Source: Candidatus Coatesbacteria bacterium (lineage in GTDB: Bacteria > RBG-13-66-14 > B26-G2 > WVWN01 > G020348885). From it: a DNA stretch of 62,451 nt. Shown here one piece after another: positions 1 through 9,707 of the stretch. A program made the translations under genes and the position numbers. The notes under the pieces are model-generated. The model saw only the letters and a list, made by a program, of their open reading frames with translations, was not told the origin of the DNA and did no database searches. The stretch covers positions 1,532,196 through 1,594,646 of the forward strand of contig CP070755.1 of assembly GCA_020348885.1 (NCBI GenBank). The letters run 5' to 3'. The stretch's first letter is position 1. Each line of letters opens with the position of its first letter.

Positions 1-300
1 CCGTATCTCCCGGCCGTCGTTCCAGTGTTTATCTTCGCCCTGGGGATAAACCACGATGAAGCCCTCCCGGTCCGCGACGTCGTTGAAACCTGTCAACTTG
101 TCCATCTTTTCGGCTTTACCCCCGCCGCCGTGGAGCGCCAGGACCAGCGGCACCGGCTCCGGGCCGTCGTACCCCTCGGGTACGTGGACGTAGTACTCTC
201 GTTCGACGCCGTCGACGGTTATGGTCTTCTTCTCGTCGGCGCAGCCCGCGGAGACGCTTAAAACAACTAGGAACGCAACCGCTAATAGCTTCTTAACCAA
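1..300 (-). CDS. PHB-depolymerase/LpqC-family secreted esterase, N-terminal part (runs off window start)
   Basis: Not in the ORF track; translated by hand from TTG at 300, preceded by GGGAGG. Reads LVKKLLAVAFLVVLSVSAGC ADEKKTITVDGVEREYYVHVPEGYDGPEPVPLVLALHGGGG...FNDVADREGFIVVYPQG...WNDGR, the typical N-terminus of the family. Possible lipobox SAGC. Confidence 0.85.
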   Translation of the reverse strand, partial: MVKKLLAVAFLVVLSVSAGCADEKKTITVDGVEREYYVHVPEGYDGPEPVPLVLALHGGGGKAEKMDKLTGFNDVADREGFIVVYPQGEDKHWNDGREIR

Positions 301-518
301 ATCTTTCCTCCCTGAACGTTCGTTGGTTAACATACTATACCCTATCCCCCACCGGGTCAAACGGAATACAAGGATTACGACACAGCTCTTCCCCTACTAC
401 GTAGGAACAGAACTCCGAGACTTGTTTTTTTACGAACTTGTTGTATAATAATGTAAACGGATATTGAAAATTAGTCACGTACGGGACACGACCCGTTTCT
501 TGAGAGGGGGTATGCTCT

Positions 519-2798
519 ATGATTAAAGCGTTACTCGTTCTAATCCTCGCGTGGCCGTTCGCCGGTTTCGCGGGTTTCACCGAGGAACCTCACTTCGGCG
601 CTTACCGCACCGAATCAATAAACTGGTGTGACCTCGACCTCGACGGCGACCCGGACCTCGCCGAAGCCACTTCCAACGGCCAGGACGACCGTCTATACGT
701 AAACCAGGGCGACGGCACTTTCGCCGAAGTCGCGCTGCCGATGGAGAACTTCAACAGCTGGTGTATGGCCTGGGGCGACTGCGACAACGATACGGACCCG
801 GACCTCGCGGTCGGCTGCTTTTATTATCCGCCAACTAACTTCATCTACGTCAACGACGGTGCCGGTAACTTCGAACGACGACCAGAGCTAGGGACGGCCG
901 TATCGACCGCGCTGGCGTGGGCCGATTTCGACTTTGACGGCGACCTCGACGCAGCTATAAGGGAAATCGATTCGTTATATTTATACTCCAACAACGGCGA
1001 CGGTACGTTTGAAGAAACTACACATTACCCGCTCGAAGACATATGGTGTGTCTCTTGGGGCGACGCCGACGGCGACGGTGACCCGGACCTAGCGGTGGGT
1101 TTGTACGCTTACGAAGGAGGGCAAAACTACCTATACGTAAACGACGGCGCCGGTAACTTCACGCCACAAGCTCAGTTCGGGGAAGGGATGACGAATTCCT
1201 TTGCGTGGGGCGACTTCGACAACGACGGGGACCTGGACATGGCCGTTGGGAACGACGGGCAAAACTACCTTTACGTGAACGAGGGCAACCTCGACTTTTC
1301 TGCCCGGGAAGAGTTCGGTACGTTAAAAAACAGCTACTCGTTAGCCTCGGCCGATTCCGATAACGACGGTAACCTGGATCTGGCCGTGGGTAGTTACAGG
1401 CAAGCAGACGAACTGTACGTCAACAACGGCGACGGCACCTTTACGGCCACGGAACCGTTCGGCGGGGAAGATTACGGTGAATTTTCGATATGTTGGGCCG
1501 ACTACGGCCTAGATGGTGACCTGGACTTGGCGGTAGGGGTTTACGCTAGCCAGAGTTACTTATATATTAACGACGAGAATGACGAGGACTACCTTTCGAT
1601 ATATCCTGTCGGACACTACGGTACTATGGGCCCCGGCTACTCCAACGGGTCCGGTATCGGGGCCAAGGTTTACGCGTACGAGACGGGCTATTTAGGTTCA
1701 AAGTCGGGGCTTCTGGCGTTCCGTGAGGTGGGCTCCGGCCGGAGCGGCGGCGACGACTCGATTAACGTCGAGTTCGGCCTTCCCAACAACGACACCATCG
1801 AAGTCCGTATTATATGGCCCGGGTCGGACGGCTCAAAGATAACCCAGGATCTGATAGTGGATAAGACCCAGTTCATAACGGTCCACGAGTCTATATTCCA
1901 TCTGCTTTCGCCGGAAGACGGAGGGGACGCCGGCGGGTTCCCGCTGGTCCTGAATTGGGAAGTGGCGTTCTCGGGAGGAAACGACCCGTACGACGCCAAT
2001 ATAGAGGATTACACGGTGGAGATAGCGTCCGACGGGGACTTCGCGAACGTAATATATACGGCCGACGTAACGGAGAATAAGGCCGTATTGGACGAGGATT
2101 GCGGGTTGTCGATAGGTGAGACTTACTACTGGCGGGTGTTCGCGAACTACGTGGATACGCCGGGACATTACAGCCAGTACTCGGGCGAGACGTGGAGCTT
2201 CAACCTAGTCGATATAGAAACCGGCATAAGTCTCGACTACTTCGAGGCGGAGTCCGAGGACGACGGAATCGAGCTGAGTTGGGCCGTGAACGAGAACGAG
2301 GAGACGGAGGTAACCGGGTTCAACCTCTACTGCTCGGTTAAGTCGAACGAGACCGGCACAAAAGCGATAACGTCCCGCGATAAGCTCAACGCGGAGCTGA
2401 TAACGGGCGAATCGCCGTACGAGTACGTGGATACAGAAGTAGAGAAAGGCATCACCTACAGCTACGGGTTGGAAGCGATAGACGTCGGCGCCAAGAGCGA
2501 GACCTTCGGTCCGGCCGAGTGCACGTGGAACGGCGCCCTCCCGACGACCTACGCGCTCTATCAATCAAGACCGAACCCGGCGACCATTACCGCGACGATA
2601 GCGTTTGATTTGCCTGAGGACGCTAAGGTAACGCTTACCGTTTACGACATCAGCGGCCGTAAGGTGACGACGCTCGTGGACGAGACGCTAACCGCAGGAG
2701 AACACGCGGCCGAGGTCTCGGGACTAGCGCCGGGAGTGTACATATACAGATTAGACGCCGGTACGTTCGCCGCGGCGAGGAAGATGGTGGTTCAGTAA
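519..2798 (+). CDS. Secreted FG-GAP/ASPIC-UnbV (CRTAC1-like) repeat protein with Fn3-like domain and T9SS type A-like C-terminal domain
   Basis: Signal peptide; about 7 repeats of WxDxDxDGDLDLAV; ASPIC-like segment GIGAKV...EFGL...IIWP; C-terminal LYQSRPNP...VYDISGRKV.TLV...GVYIYRL...KMVV. Confidence 0.85.
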   Translation: MIKALLVLILAWPFAGFAGFTEEPHFGAYRTESINWCDLDLDGDPDLAEATSNGQDDRLYVNQGDGTFAEVALPMENFNSWCMAWGDCDNDTDPDLAVGCFYYPPTNFIYVNDGAGNFERRPELGTAVSTALAWADFDFDGDLDAAIREIDSLYLYSNNGDGTFEETTHYPLEDIWCVSWGDADGDGDPDLAVGLYAYEGGQNYLYVNDGAGNFTPQAQFGEGMTNSFAWGDFDNDGDLDMAVGNDGQNYLYVNEGNLDFSAREEFGTLKNSYSLASADSDNDGNLDLAVGSYRQADELYVNNGDGTFTATEPFGGEDYGEFSICWADYGLDGDLDLAVGVYASQSYLYINDENDEDYLSIYPVGHYGTMGPGYSNGSGIGAKVYAYETGYLGSKSGLLAFREVGSGRSGGDDSINVEFGLPNNDTIEVRIIWPGSDGSKITQDLIVDKTQFITVHESIFHLLSPEDGGDAGGFPLVLNWEVAFSGGNDPYDANIEDYTVEIASDGDFANVIYTADVTENKAVLDEDCGLSIGETYYWRVFANYVDTPGHYSQYSGETWSFNLVDIETGISLDYFEAESEDDGIELSWAVNENEETEVTGFNLYCSVKSNETGTKAITSRDKLNAELITGESPYEYVDTEVEKGITYSYGLEAIDVGAKSETFGPAECTWNGALPTTYALYQSRPNPATITATIAFDLPEDAKVTLTVYDISGRKVTTLVDETLTAGEHAAEVSGLAPGVYIYRLDAGTFAAARKMVVQ

Positions 2799-2838
2799 GG
2801 CGGTACCTTCAGGTGCGGCCACCGGTTTGGTCTTTTAT

Positions 2839-2987
2839 ACCGCCTGCTTCAGCAGGCGGTTCTTGATGGGCGGAGCATCGAACCCCGGCTTCAGCCGGGG
2901 AACTAAAGGCCTATATATACTTACCCCGACTGAAGTCGCGGTTCTATGCCTTCGGCGGGTTATGCACCGCCCGATGAATCGGGCGGT
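2839..2987. repeat. Cluster of four GC-rich hairpins with TTCA/TGAA loops (REP/BIME-like)
   Basis: ACCGCCTGC-TTCA-GCAGGCGGT 2839-2860; CCCCGGC-TTCA-GCCGGGG 2883-2900; ACCCCGAC-TGAA-GTCGCGGT 2923-2942; ACCGCCCGA-TGAA-TCGGGCGGT 2966-2987. Lies between convergent genes. Confidence 0.75.
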
Positions 2988-2994
2988 ATCGATT

Positions 2995-4089
2995 CTAAAG
3001 TACCCGCACTTCCAAGTCATCGAAGTACGCGGTGCAGCCGTCCGCATATAACCCGGCTCGGCCGTCGGCCCCGACGCCCCGGACCGCCGCTACCGCCGTC
3101 CCGTTCACGCCCACGTAATAGATATCATCCACGCACCGGCCTGTCAGGCGGAACGATCCGTCGGCGTCGAAAGCCGTGAGGTTTTTCGCCGTCAGGATGG
3201 TCCCGCCCGGCGCAACGACTGAAACCGCCCCGTCGCGCGACAGAGCGATTTTATAGCCCGGCGTCTCGCTTCTTCTCAGTATTATCCCGGCCGTAGAATC
3301 CTCGGCGCCGTTTCCGTCGCCGAAGCGTACGGTAACGTCTACCTCGTAGTCAGGTCCGAAATCCCGGCGAACGCCCAGTTCCGCGTCGGTCAGAACCAGG
3401 TGCCCGTTCTCCGTACCCGCCACCCCGCTCTCCCCCACCGACCAGGCTTCGAAGTCCAGATCGCTTAGTTCGCCGAAATCGGCGGCGAAGTCCGGTTCGT
3501 CGAGAAAAGGAACGCCGGACGGCAGATCGATTTGCCACTCTTCCGGCTCGGTTATCGACGGCCCGCCGAAGAGCGGCATCGCCAAGACGACCAGCCCGCC
3601 AAGCAGCAACAGGGTCGCGAATACCAGTACTAAAAACGCGCCGGCCCAGATTATAAACCGGAGCGGGTCCCGCTTTCTCGTACGGGTCACGGGCGTTATC
3701 CCGCCGGCCGACTCGAGAGCCAGCCCGGCCTGCCGCGCGTAGCTCGCGACGAACGCCTTCGCGGTACCGTACGAAAGTCCCATCGCCACGCCCTCTTCGA
3801 TTATCGCCGCTTCCTCGGCGGCGTTGAGAACGCCGTCGGCGACCGCCGCCCGAATCATACCCCTCAGACGCTGTTGCCCGGTTTCGGAACCTTCGTCGTC
3901 GAGTAAGCCGTCGTACTCGGCGCGCGTTCCCGCGTCCGCCAGTACGTCGAGAGCTTTTAACTCTATCTCTTGGGCTGCATTCGGCCCGTCCGGCCCGATG
4001 TCGGCGGCGAGCTCCGCCCGCCGCGCGTTTATGACCGCGTCGTCGGCGTCTCTGGGGAGTCCAAGCAGATAGTAAAGGTCTATAACCAT
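2995..4089 (-). CDS. Membrane protein: J-like domain (GPD instead of HPD), TerB-like helices, one TM segment, DUF1080/ConA-like C-terminal domain
   Basis: YYLLGLPRDAD...GPD...ALDVLAD...RAEYD; AVADGVLNAAEEAAII..G..MGL; hydrophobic FIIWAGAFLVLVFATLLLLGGLVVLAM; C-terminal D.EVDVTVRF...AGIILR...GRAGLY...AYFDDLEV. Confidence 0.6.
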   Translation of the reverse strand: MVIDLYYLLGLPRDADDAVINARRAELAADIGPDGPNAAQEIELKALDVLADAGTRAEYDGLLDDEGSETGQQRLRGMIRAAVADGVLNAAEEAAIIEEGVAMGLSYGTAKAFVASYARQAGLALESAGGITPVTRTRKRDPLRFIIWAGAFLVLVFATLLLLGGLVVLAMPLFGGPSITEPEEWQIDLPSGVPFLDEPDFAADFGELSDLDFEAWSVGESGVAGTENGHLVLTDAELGVRRDFGPDYEVDVTVRFGDGNGAEDSTAGIILRRSETPGYKIALSRDGAVSVVAPGGTILTAKNLTAFDADGSFRLTGRCVDDIYYVGVNGTAVAAVRGVGADGRAGLYADGCTAYFDDLEVRVL

Positions 4090-4112
4090 ATTCCGTCGTT
4101 ATTACCCGGGGA

Positions 4113-5591
4113 TTAGCTACTCGCTTTCGCTTCGTATCGTTCTTCGGCCACGTTTACCGCCGTCTCGTAAACTTCTGCATACTTCTCAGCCGAGTTGAGC
4201 CACGAGAAGTCCCTGCAAATCCCGCGGAGTACTATCTTACGCCACCGGTCGGGGTCTTTCTTATACATCGAGACGGCCCGCTCTAAAGTCTCCACGAGCG
4301 CCCGGCCCGAGTACCGGTCGAACGAGAAGCCGACACCGACCCGGGGATTTTTATATACGTCCGTCACCGTATCGGCCAGCCCGCCGGTGGCCCGGACGAC
4401 CGGTACGGTCCCGTACGTCATCGAAATCATCTGGCCGAGACCACAAGGTTCATATCGCGACGGCATAAGAAAGATGTCGCACCCTGCATAAATACGATGA
4501 GCCATGGCTTCGTCGAACTTTAAATGTACCTTGAACTTTCTGGGGTGTCTTTTATTTATTTCGGTAAACAGGCGGTGGTATTTTCTTTCGCCGGTGCCGA
4601 GTAATACGTAGCGGCAATCGCAGCCCAGAATACCGTCTATACCTTCTACGAGGATATCGAACCCTTTCTGGTCGACGAGCCTGTTCACCATCCCCACAAG
4701 AGGTAGCCCGTCGTCGGGGAAGTCGTTTTCCGCAAGCAGCGCCGCTTTACAAGCTCTCTTGCCTTCCTGGTCGTCGGCGTCGTAACGAGCTTCCAGATAC
4801 TCGTCTTCGGCCGGGTTCCATACGTCGTAGTCGATTCCGTTAAGGATGCCGTACAGGATGTTCTTGCGTCTTTTCAATACGCTTTCCATACCGTAGCCGT
4901 ACTCGTACGTCTGGATTTCCGACGCGTATCGTTCGCTGACGGTCGTTATCACGTCGCTATACAGGATAGCTGACTTTATGAAGCTGAACCGGCCGTAGTG
5001 GTCTATTCCGTCCAGGGTGAAGTAACTCCAATCGAGATTCGTAATCGGGTAGTATTTCTTATCGAAGTTCCCCTGGGTGGCGACGTTATGGATGGTAAAC
5101 ACCAGCGCCGGTATCTTCTCGAAATCGTCTTCATACTCGGAACGCAGGTAAAGTGGTAGCAACCCGGTCTGCCAGTCGTGTACGTGCAGCACGTCCGGCT
5201 TCAACCCGAGCGAATTTACGGCTTGAAGCGTTCCTCTAGTAAAGAACGTAAACCTCTCCACGTTGTCCGGGTAATCTACCCCGTTTTCCTGGTATAAGCC
5301 TTCGCGGTTATACAATGGTTCGCACGATATGAAATAAACGGGGATGTCGGTTCCCGGGATACGCGCTTCGTATATAGAGCCAGCCTGATTATTCTTCCCG
5401 AGACGAACCCGAATGCGCTCGAGCCGTTCCTCGCCGAAGTCGCCGCGCATCACGTGGCGGTAGTACGGTATTATCAACGCCGTATCGACGCCCACTTCGG
5501 CGAGCGCTTTGGGTAGTGCGCCAGCGACATCGGCAAGGCCGCCGGTCTTCGCGAAAGGTACCGCTTCGGTAGAAACTATAACCGCTTTCAT
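4113..5591 (-). CDS. glgA: Glycogen synthase (GT5)
   Basis: KTGGLADV motif, LHVHDWQTGL, SRYEPCGLGQM, TGGLADTV. Confidence 0.97.
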   Translation of the reverse strand: MKAVIVSTEAVPFAKTGGLADVAGALPKALAEVGVDTALIIPYYRHVMRGDFGEERLERIRVRLGKNNQAGSIYEARIPGTDIPVYFISCEPLYNREGLYQENGVDYPDNVERFTFFTRGTLQAVNSLGLKPDVLHVHDWQTGLLPLYLRSEYEDDFEKIPALVFTIHNVATQGNFDKKYYPITNLDWSYFTLDGIDHYGRFSFIKSAILYSDVITTVSERYASEIQTYEYGYGMESVLKRRKNILYGILNGIDYDVWNPAEDEYLEARYDADDQEGKRACKAALLAENDFPDDGLPLVGMVNRLVDQKGFDILVEGIDGILGCDCRYVLLGTGERKYHRLFTEINKRHPRKFKVHLKFDEAMAHRIYAGCDIFLMPSRYEPCGLGQMISMTYGTVPVVRATGGLADTVTDVYKNPRVGVGFSFDRYSGRALVETLERAVSMYKKDPDRWRKIVLRGICRDFSWLNSAEKYAEVYETAVNVAEERYEAKASS

Positions 5592-6637
5592 ACCGTTTGT
5601 ACTTCCGCCTCCGCTTCGTTAACCTCGAAAGGCACTTCTCTCAAGTCTTTCGCGGCTTGCTCCGGAACGGTGGGATTGATATAGAATCCCGTCCCCCACT
5701 CGAACCCTGCCGCTTTCGCGAGTTTGGGTATCAACTCCAGGTGCCAGTGATAATATGCCAAATCTCCGCGGCGGCACGGGGCAGTATGGAGCATAAAATT
5801 GTACGGCGGTTCCCCGAACGCCAGGCTTATCTTCCCTACCATCGTCTTCAAATGTACCGAGAAACGGTACGCATCGTCTTCGGCTATTTCGGTGAAACTC
5901 GCGATATGTTTTTTCGGTAGTATGTGTACCTCGAACGGGAAACGTGACGCGAACGGTACTATCGAAACGAAATAATCATCCTCTAAAACCACCCTCGTAC
6001 CGTCGCTCGTTTCCCGTTGAACGACGTCGCAGAAAACGCAACGCTCCTTGAATTCGTGGTACTCGAGCGCCCCTTTCAGCTCCTCTATTATCCGCTTCGG
6101 GACAACCGGCGTCGCTATAAGCTGACAGTGAGGATGCTCCAAGCTCGCGCCCGCCGCGACGCCGAAGTTTTTGAATACTTGAACGTATTTGAACCTGTCG
6201 TCGTTTTCCAGATCAAGCATCCGGTCACTGAACGCCCGCAACATCCCGGCGACGGCGCTGACATCCATATTATCGAGTGTACGGTAGTGGTCCGGAGTTT
6301 CGACAATAATTTCGTGGGCGCCGATGCCGCTCATCCGGTCATAAACGCCGTCGCTGGTTCGGATAAACTCCCCGTCGCGTTGGAGGGCCGGGAATTTGTT
6401 CGGCACCACGCGGACGGTCCAACCCGGCGTGTTCGGTCCGGCGTCGGGCGGACGCCCGTACGCGGCCAACTCCGGCGGCGTTCGGTCTTCGCGTCCGTAA
6501 CAGAACGGGCAACTCTTCTCGCCCTCGGGGGTGAAGTGGGGTTCGCGTTCGCCTACGAAATCGCTCGGCCGCTTTCCTCGCCCGGCGGCGATGATGCACC
6601 AGCGCTCTACAACCGGGTCTTTCCTCAACTCGGGCAA
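5588..6637 (-). CDS. galT: GalT-family nucleotidyltransferase (galactose-1-phosphate uridylyltransferase-like)
   Basis: MPELRKDP, CPFC, VRVVPNKFPAL, GASLEHPHCQ (HxH active site), CVFCD. Stop overlaps the glgA start (ATGA). Confidence 0.93.
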   Translation of the reverse strand: MPELRKDPVVERWCIIAAGRGKRPSDFVGEREPHFTPEGEKSCPFCYGREDRTPPELAAYGRPPDAGPNTPGWTVRVVPNKFPALQRDGEFIRTSDGVYDRMSGIGAHEIIVETPDHYRTLDNMDVSAVAGMLRAFSDRMLDLENDDRFKYVQVFKNFGVAAGASLEHPHCQLIATPVVPKRIIEELKGALEYHEFKERCVFCDVVQRETSDGTRVVLEDDYFVSIVPFASRFPFEVHILPKKHIASFTEIAEDDAYRFSVHLKTMVGKISLAFGEPPYNFMLHTAPCRRGDLAYYHWHLELIPKLAKAAGFEWGTGFYINPTVPEQAAKDLREVPFEVNEAEAEVQTV

Positions 6638-6654
6638 GTTTTACCCCTTATATC

Positions 6655-7110
6655 TCATTCCTCGGCGACTAGCTTTTTCAGCTCGCGCATAAACGCTTCC
6701 GAATCCTGGAACGATTTATAGACCGACGCGAAACGGACGTACGCAACCTCGTCCAGGATTTTCAACTCGCCCATCACCAGCTCGCCTATCTCCGAAGAAG
6801 GAACCTCGTGTTCGAACTTTTCGAATAATACGCGCTCGACACGGTCCACCGCCGCGCTTATGTCGTCGCGGCTAATCGGCCGCTTCTCGCACGCAACGGT
6901 GATACCCCTAACGATTTTAGCCCGGTCGAACGGCTCCCGGCGCCCGTCGCGTTTAACGACTGAGAGGGCCGCTTCTTCCACGGTTTCGTAAGTCGTGAAG
7001 CGGCGCCCGCACCCGAGGCATTCGCGCCGGCGCCTTATCACGCTCTGATTTTCGCCGGCCCGGGAATCGACTACTCGGTCATCGTCGGCACCGCAAAAAG
7101 GGCACCTCAT
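6655..7110 (-). CDS. nrdR: Transcriptional repressor NrdR
   Basis: [15 protein letters not shown]...[20 protein letters not shown] cone, [10 protein letters not shown]. Confidence 0.98.
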   Translation of the reverse strand: MRCPFCGADDDRVVDSRAGENQSVIRRRRECLGCGRRFTTYETVEEAALSVVKRDGRREPFDRAKIVRGITVACEKRPISRDDISAAVDRVERVLFEKFEHEVPSSEIGELVMGELKILDEVAYVRFASVYKSFQDSEAFMRELKKLVAEE

Positions 7111-7676
7111 TCGCCCTCTCCCCCGCCATTTTCGCCGTCCTCGCGCGCGAGCTCGTCCCGATCTATCTCAGCGACCATCTTCTCGGTCTTAAACCTTGAA
7201 AGTCCGGGGCTCGCCTCGAACCCCTGGCCGATGATTACGCTATCGCCTTTCTCCAGGGTCGCTTCGTAATCCGAAGTTATTAACTGGGTCTCGGCGTTCC
7301 ACTTAAGTTCTTCAGTCCGCAAGACCGCGTTTTCCTTCTTACTGTTAAGAACCACGTGGCCGCGAGCCGTCATATCGTTCCTGAGCGTATCTACTACGCC
7401 GGTATCAGACGTTAAAGTGGACGCGTATTCGCCCTCTTCATAGAAGTCTATACGCACTTCGTAGATGATGGCTTCGTTTCTCGAGTCGAATATCTCGGCC
7501 TTGTCAGCGTACAATTTCCAAACGACGTCCTCGCCGTCGGTTTCGATAAGGACAAAGTCCTGTATAACCTGGTCCGGCAGTTCCTCGTCTGGCGGCTCTA
7601 GATTGCCGGTCCCGCGCTCGCAACCGGTAAGCGCGATTACGCCGACCGCGATTATGATTAGGTTGAGTAATTTCAT
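7107..7676 (-). CDS. lptC: LPS export ABC transporter periplasmic protein LptC
   Basis: N-terminal hydrophobic segment with lipobox-like LTGC; WKLYADKA...LTSDTG...LRTEELKWN...ITSD...IIGQGF; downstream of kdsA/kdsD. Confidence 0.85.
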   Translation of the reverse strand: MKLLNLIIIAVGVIALTGCERGTGNLEPPDEELPDQVIQDFVLIETDGEDVVWKLYADKAEIFDSRNEAIIYEVRIDFYEEGEYASTLTSDTGVVDTLRNDMTARGHVVLNSKKENAVLRTEELKWNAETQLITSDYEATLEKGDSVIIGQGFEASPGLSRFKTEKMVAEIDRDELAREDGENGGGEGE

Positions 7677-7707
7677 AACGTCTACGCGGTTCGGTCCGGT
7701 TCCCCCG

Positions 7708-8709
7708 TTAGCCCGTTATACTAACCCGGCCGCGCCCGAGTATGTCGTGTATGTGGATTACGCCCGTCGGGTGCCCGTCGTCGTCCACGGCAAAAAGGGC
7801 CGTTATCTGGTGCTTCTCCATTAACTGCAGCGCGTGCGCCGTCGTGTCGCCGGTTTTGATAGTCTTCGGTTCTCCCGTACAGAAGTCCCTCGCGCGCACG
7901 ACGGAAAGGTCTTCGCCGCGTTCGAGTAGACGCCGCAGGTCGCCGTCGGTAATTACGCCTGTAAGTTTCCCACCGCCGTCGACGACAGCCGTTATCCCGA
8001 AGGTTTTCGCCGACATCTCAGCTACGATTGCGTCCAGAGGGGCGTCTGATTCCACCTGCGGTACCTCGCCGCCGGTATGGATAAGGGTTTTAACGCCCGA
8101 TAGAAGCCGGCGGCCGATGTCGCCGCCGGGGTGGAAAAGCGCGAAATCGTCCTCCGCGAAACCCTTTAGCTCCATCACGCAGATGGCCAATGCGTCCGCC
8201 ATAACCAGTGCCGCGGTCGTACTCGCCGTCGGCACGAGCCCCAGCGGACAAGCTTCCCGGTCGACGCTCGCGTCGATAACATGATCCGCGCTTTCCGCGA
8301 GCGACGACCCGGGCACGCCCGTAATCGCTACGACGGTCGCACCCCGCGATAGTAGCGCCGGAACTACGGACGTTATTTCCGACGTTTCGCCGCTGTAGGA
8401 TATGACGACGGCGACGTCAGTTTCGCCGACGACGCCTAAGTCGCCGTGGGCGGCCTCGACAGGATGTAGGAAGTAAGCTGGCGTCCCCGTAGACGATAGG
8501 GTAGCCGCTAGCTTCTGCGCTATTATTCCCGACTTGCCGATACCCGTGGTTATAACGCGGCCGCCGGTGGCGTAAACGGCTTCCACGGCGCCGACGAAAC
8601 CGTCGCCGGGCCGGCCGATCAGCGCCGCCACGGCTTCGGCTTCGATGGCGACAACCCGTTTCGCCCGCTCGATTATTCCGTCGCTGTCTATTGCGTTTCT
8701 TTTTCCCAC
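7708..8709 (-). CDS. kdsD: Arabinose-5-phosphate isomerase, KpsF/GutQ family (SIS + 2 CBS)
   Basis: TGIGKSGIIAQKLAATLSSTGTP.YFLHPVEAAHGDLG, FHPGG, CBS pair. Start moved from the ORF-track 8841 to GTG at 8709, where homology begins. Confidence 0.95.
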   Translation of the reverse strand: MGKRNAIDSDGIIERAKRVVAIEAEAVAALIGRPGDGFVGAVEAVYATGGRVITTGIGKSGIIAQKLAATLSSTGTPAYFLHPVEAAHGDLGVVGETDVAVVISYSGETSEITSVVPALLSRGATVVAITGVPGSSLAESADHVIDASVDREACPLGLVPTASTTAALVMADALAICVMELKGFAEDDFALFHPGGDIGRRLLSGVKTLIHTGGEVPQVESDAPLDAIVAEMSAKTFGITAVVDGGGKLTGVITDGDLRRLLERGEDLSVVRARDFCTGEPKTIKTGDTTAHALQLMEKHQITALFAVDDDGHPTGVIHIHDILGRGRVSITG

Positions 8710-9530
8710 TCGCGAACTCGCTCGTGTATCTCGACACACTGTGTAAGTAACGCTTTGAGCCTGTCCGCCGGTAGCATACTCACGGCGTCGCAAAGGCCCT
8801 TCTCGGGCCGTGGATGGAATTCGACGAAAAGCCCGTCGCAACCCAGCGCCGCCGCCGCCCGCGCCAGCGGGAATATGTACCCCCGCAGTCCGCCGGCAGG
8901 GTCGTCGCTGGTATGGCCGGGTATCCGTACGACGTGGGTCACGTCGAAGAAAACCGGATATCCGAACTCGCGGATACGTAAAAGCGACCTCGGGTCGAAA
9001 ACCAGGTCGCCGTAGCCGAACGCCGTACCTCGCTCGGTAAGTAAAATATTACAGTTACCCGTTGCCTTTATCTTATCGATGGGTATCTTCACCTGGTCCG
9101 GCGTCAGGAACTGCCCCTTCTTTACGTTTATAGGTTTCCCGGTTTCGCCCAGGGCAAGCGTAAGCGCCGTTTGCTTGGACAGGTACGCGGGAAGTTGTAA
9201 AACGTCGAGCGTTTCGGCGGCGGAATTTACCTCTGCGAGGCCGTGTACGTCAGAAAGGACGGGAACGCCGGTTTCCTCGCGGACCCGGGAAAGTATTCCA
9301 AGCCCCTTCTCCAATCCGGGACCCCGGTAGGTATCGTGCCGGGTGCGGTTGTCCTTCGCGTATGAAGATTTATATATGTACGGTAGCCCCAACTCGGCAC
9401 AGACTTCCCGCCCCAGGTGCGCCATTTCGACGGCGATCAAAGCGTCTTCTATTACGCACGGACCGCCTATAACGCAGAAGCGGCCATCGCCCAGAACCTG
9501 GTCCTTTACCGCTATCGTTTTTACTGACAT
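8688..9530 (-). CDS. kdsA: KDO8P synthase (metal-dependent type)
   Basis: GGPCVIE, NVKKGQF, ERG, FDVTH, EFHP..CDA; the substrate motif reads KDNRT. Confidence 0.93.
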   Translation of the reverse strand: MSVKTIAVKDQVLGDGRFCVIGGPCVIEDALIAVEMAHLGREVCAELGLPYIYKSSYAKDNRTRHDTYRGPGLEKGLGILSRVREETGVPVLSDVHGLAEVNSAAETLDVLQLPAYLSKQTALTLALGETGKPINVKKGQFLTPDQVKIPIDKIKATGNCNILLTERGTAFGYGDLVFDPRSLLRIREFGYPVFFDVTHVVRIPGHTSDDPAGGLRGYIFPLARAAAALGCDGLFVEFHPRPEKGLCDAVSMLPADRLKALLTQCVEIHERVREWEKETQ

Positions 9531-9707
9531 ATCGCGTTTAAAGCTATATAAACCGGCCCACCGGTTTATTAGACACCCTAATAGCCACGAAGTTTTAGGA
9601 AGTTTCTCGGCGGGTATTATAGCAATAACGGCGGAAAAATAAAGGAAAAGTTACAGCTCTCCGCCGTAACTCACTCGATATCCTATACTTACGCGTTTCT
9701 CCTATTA

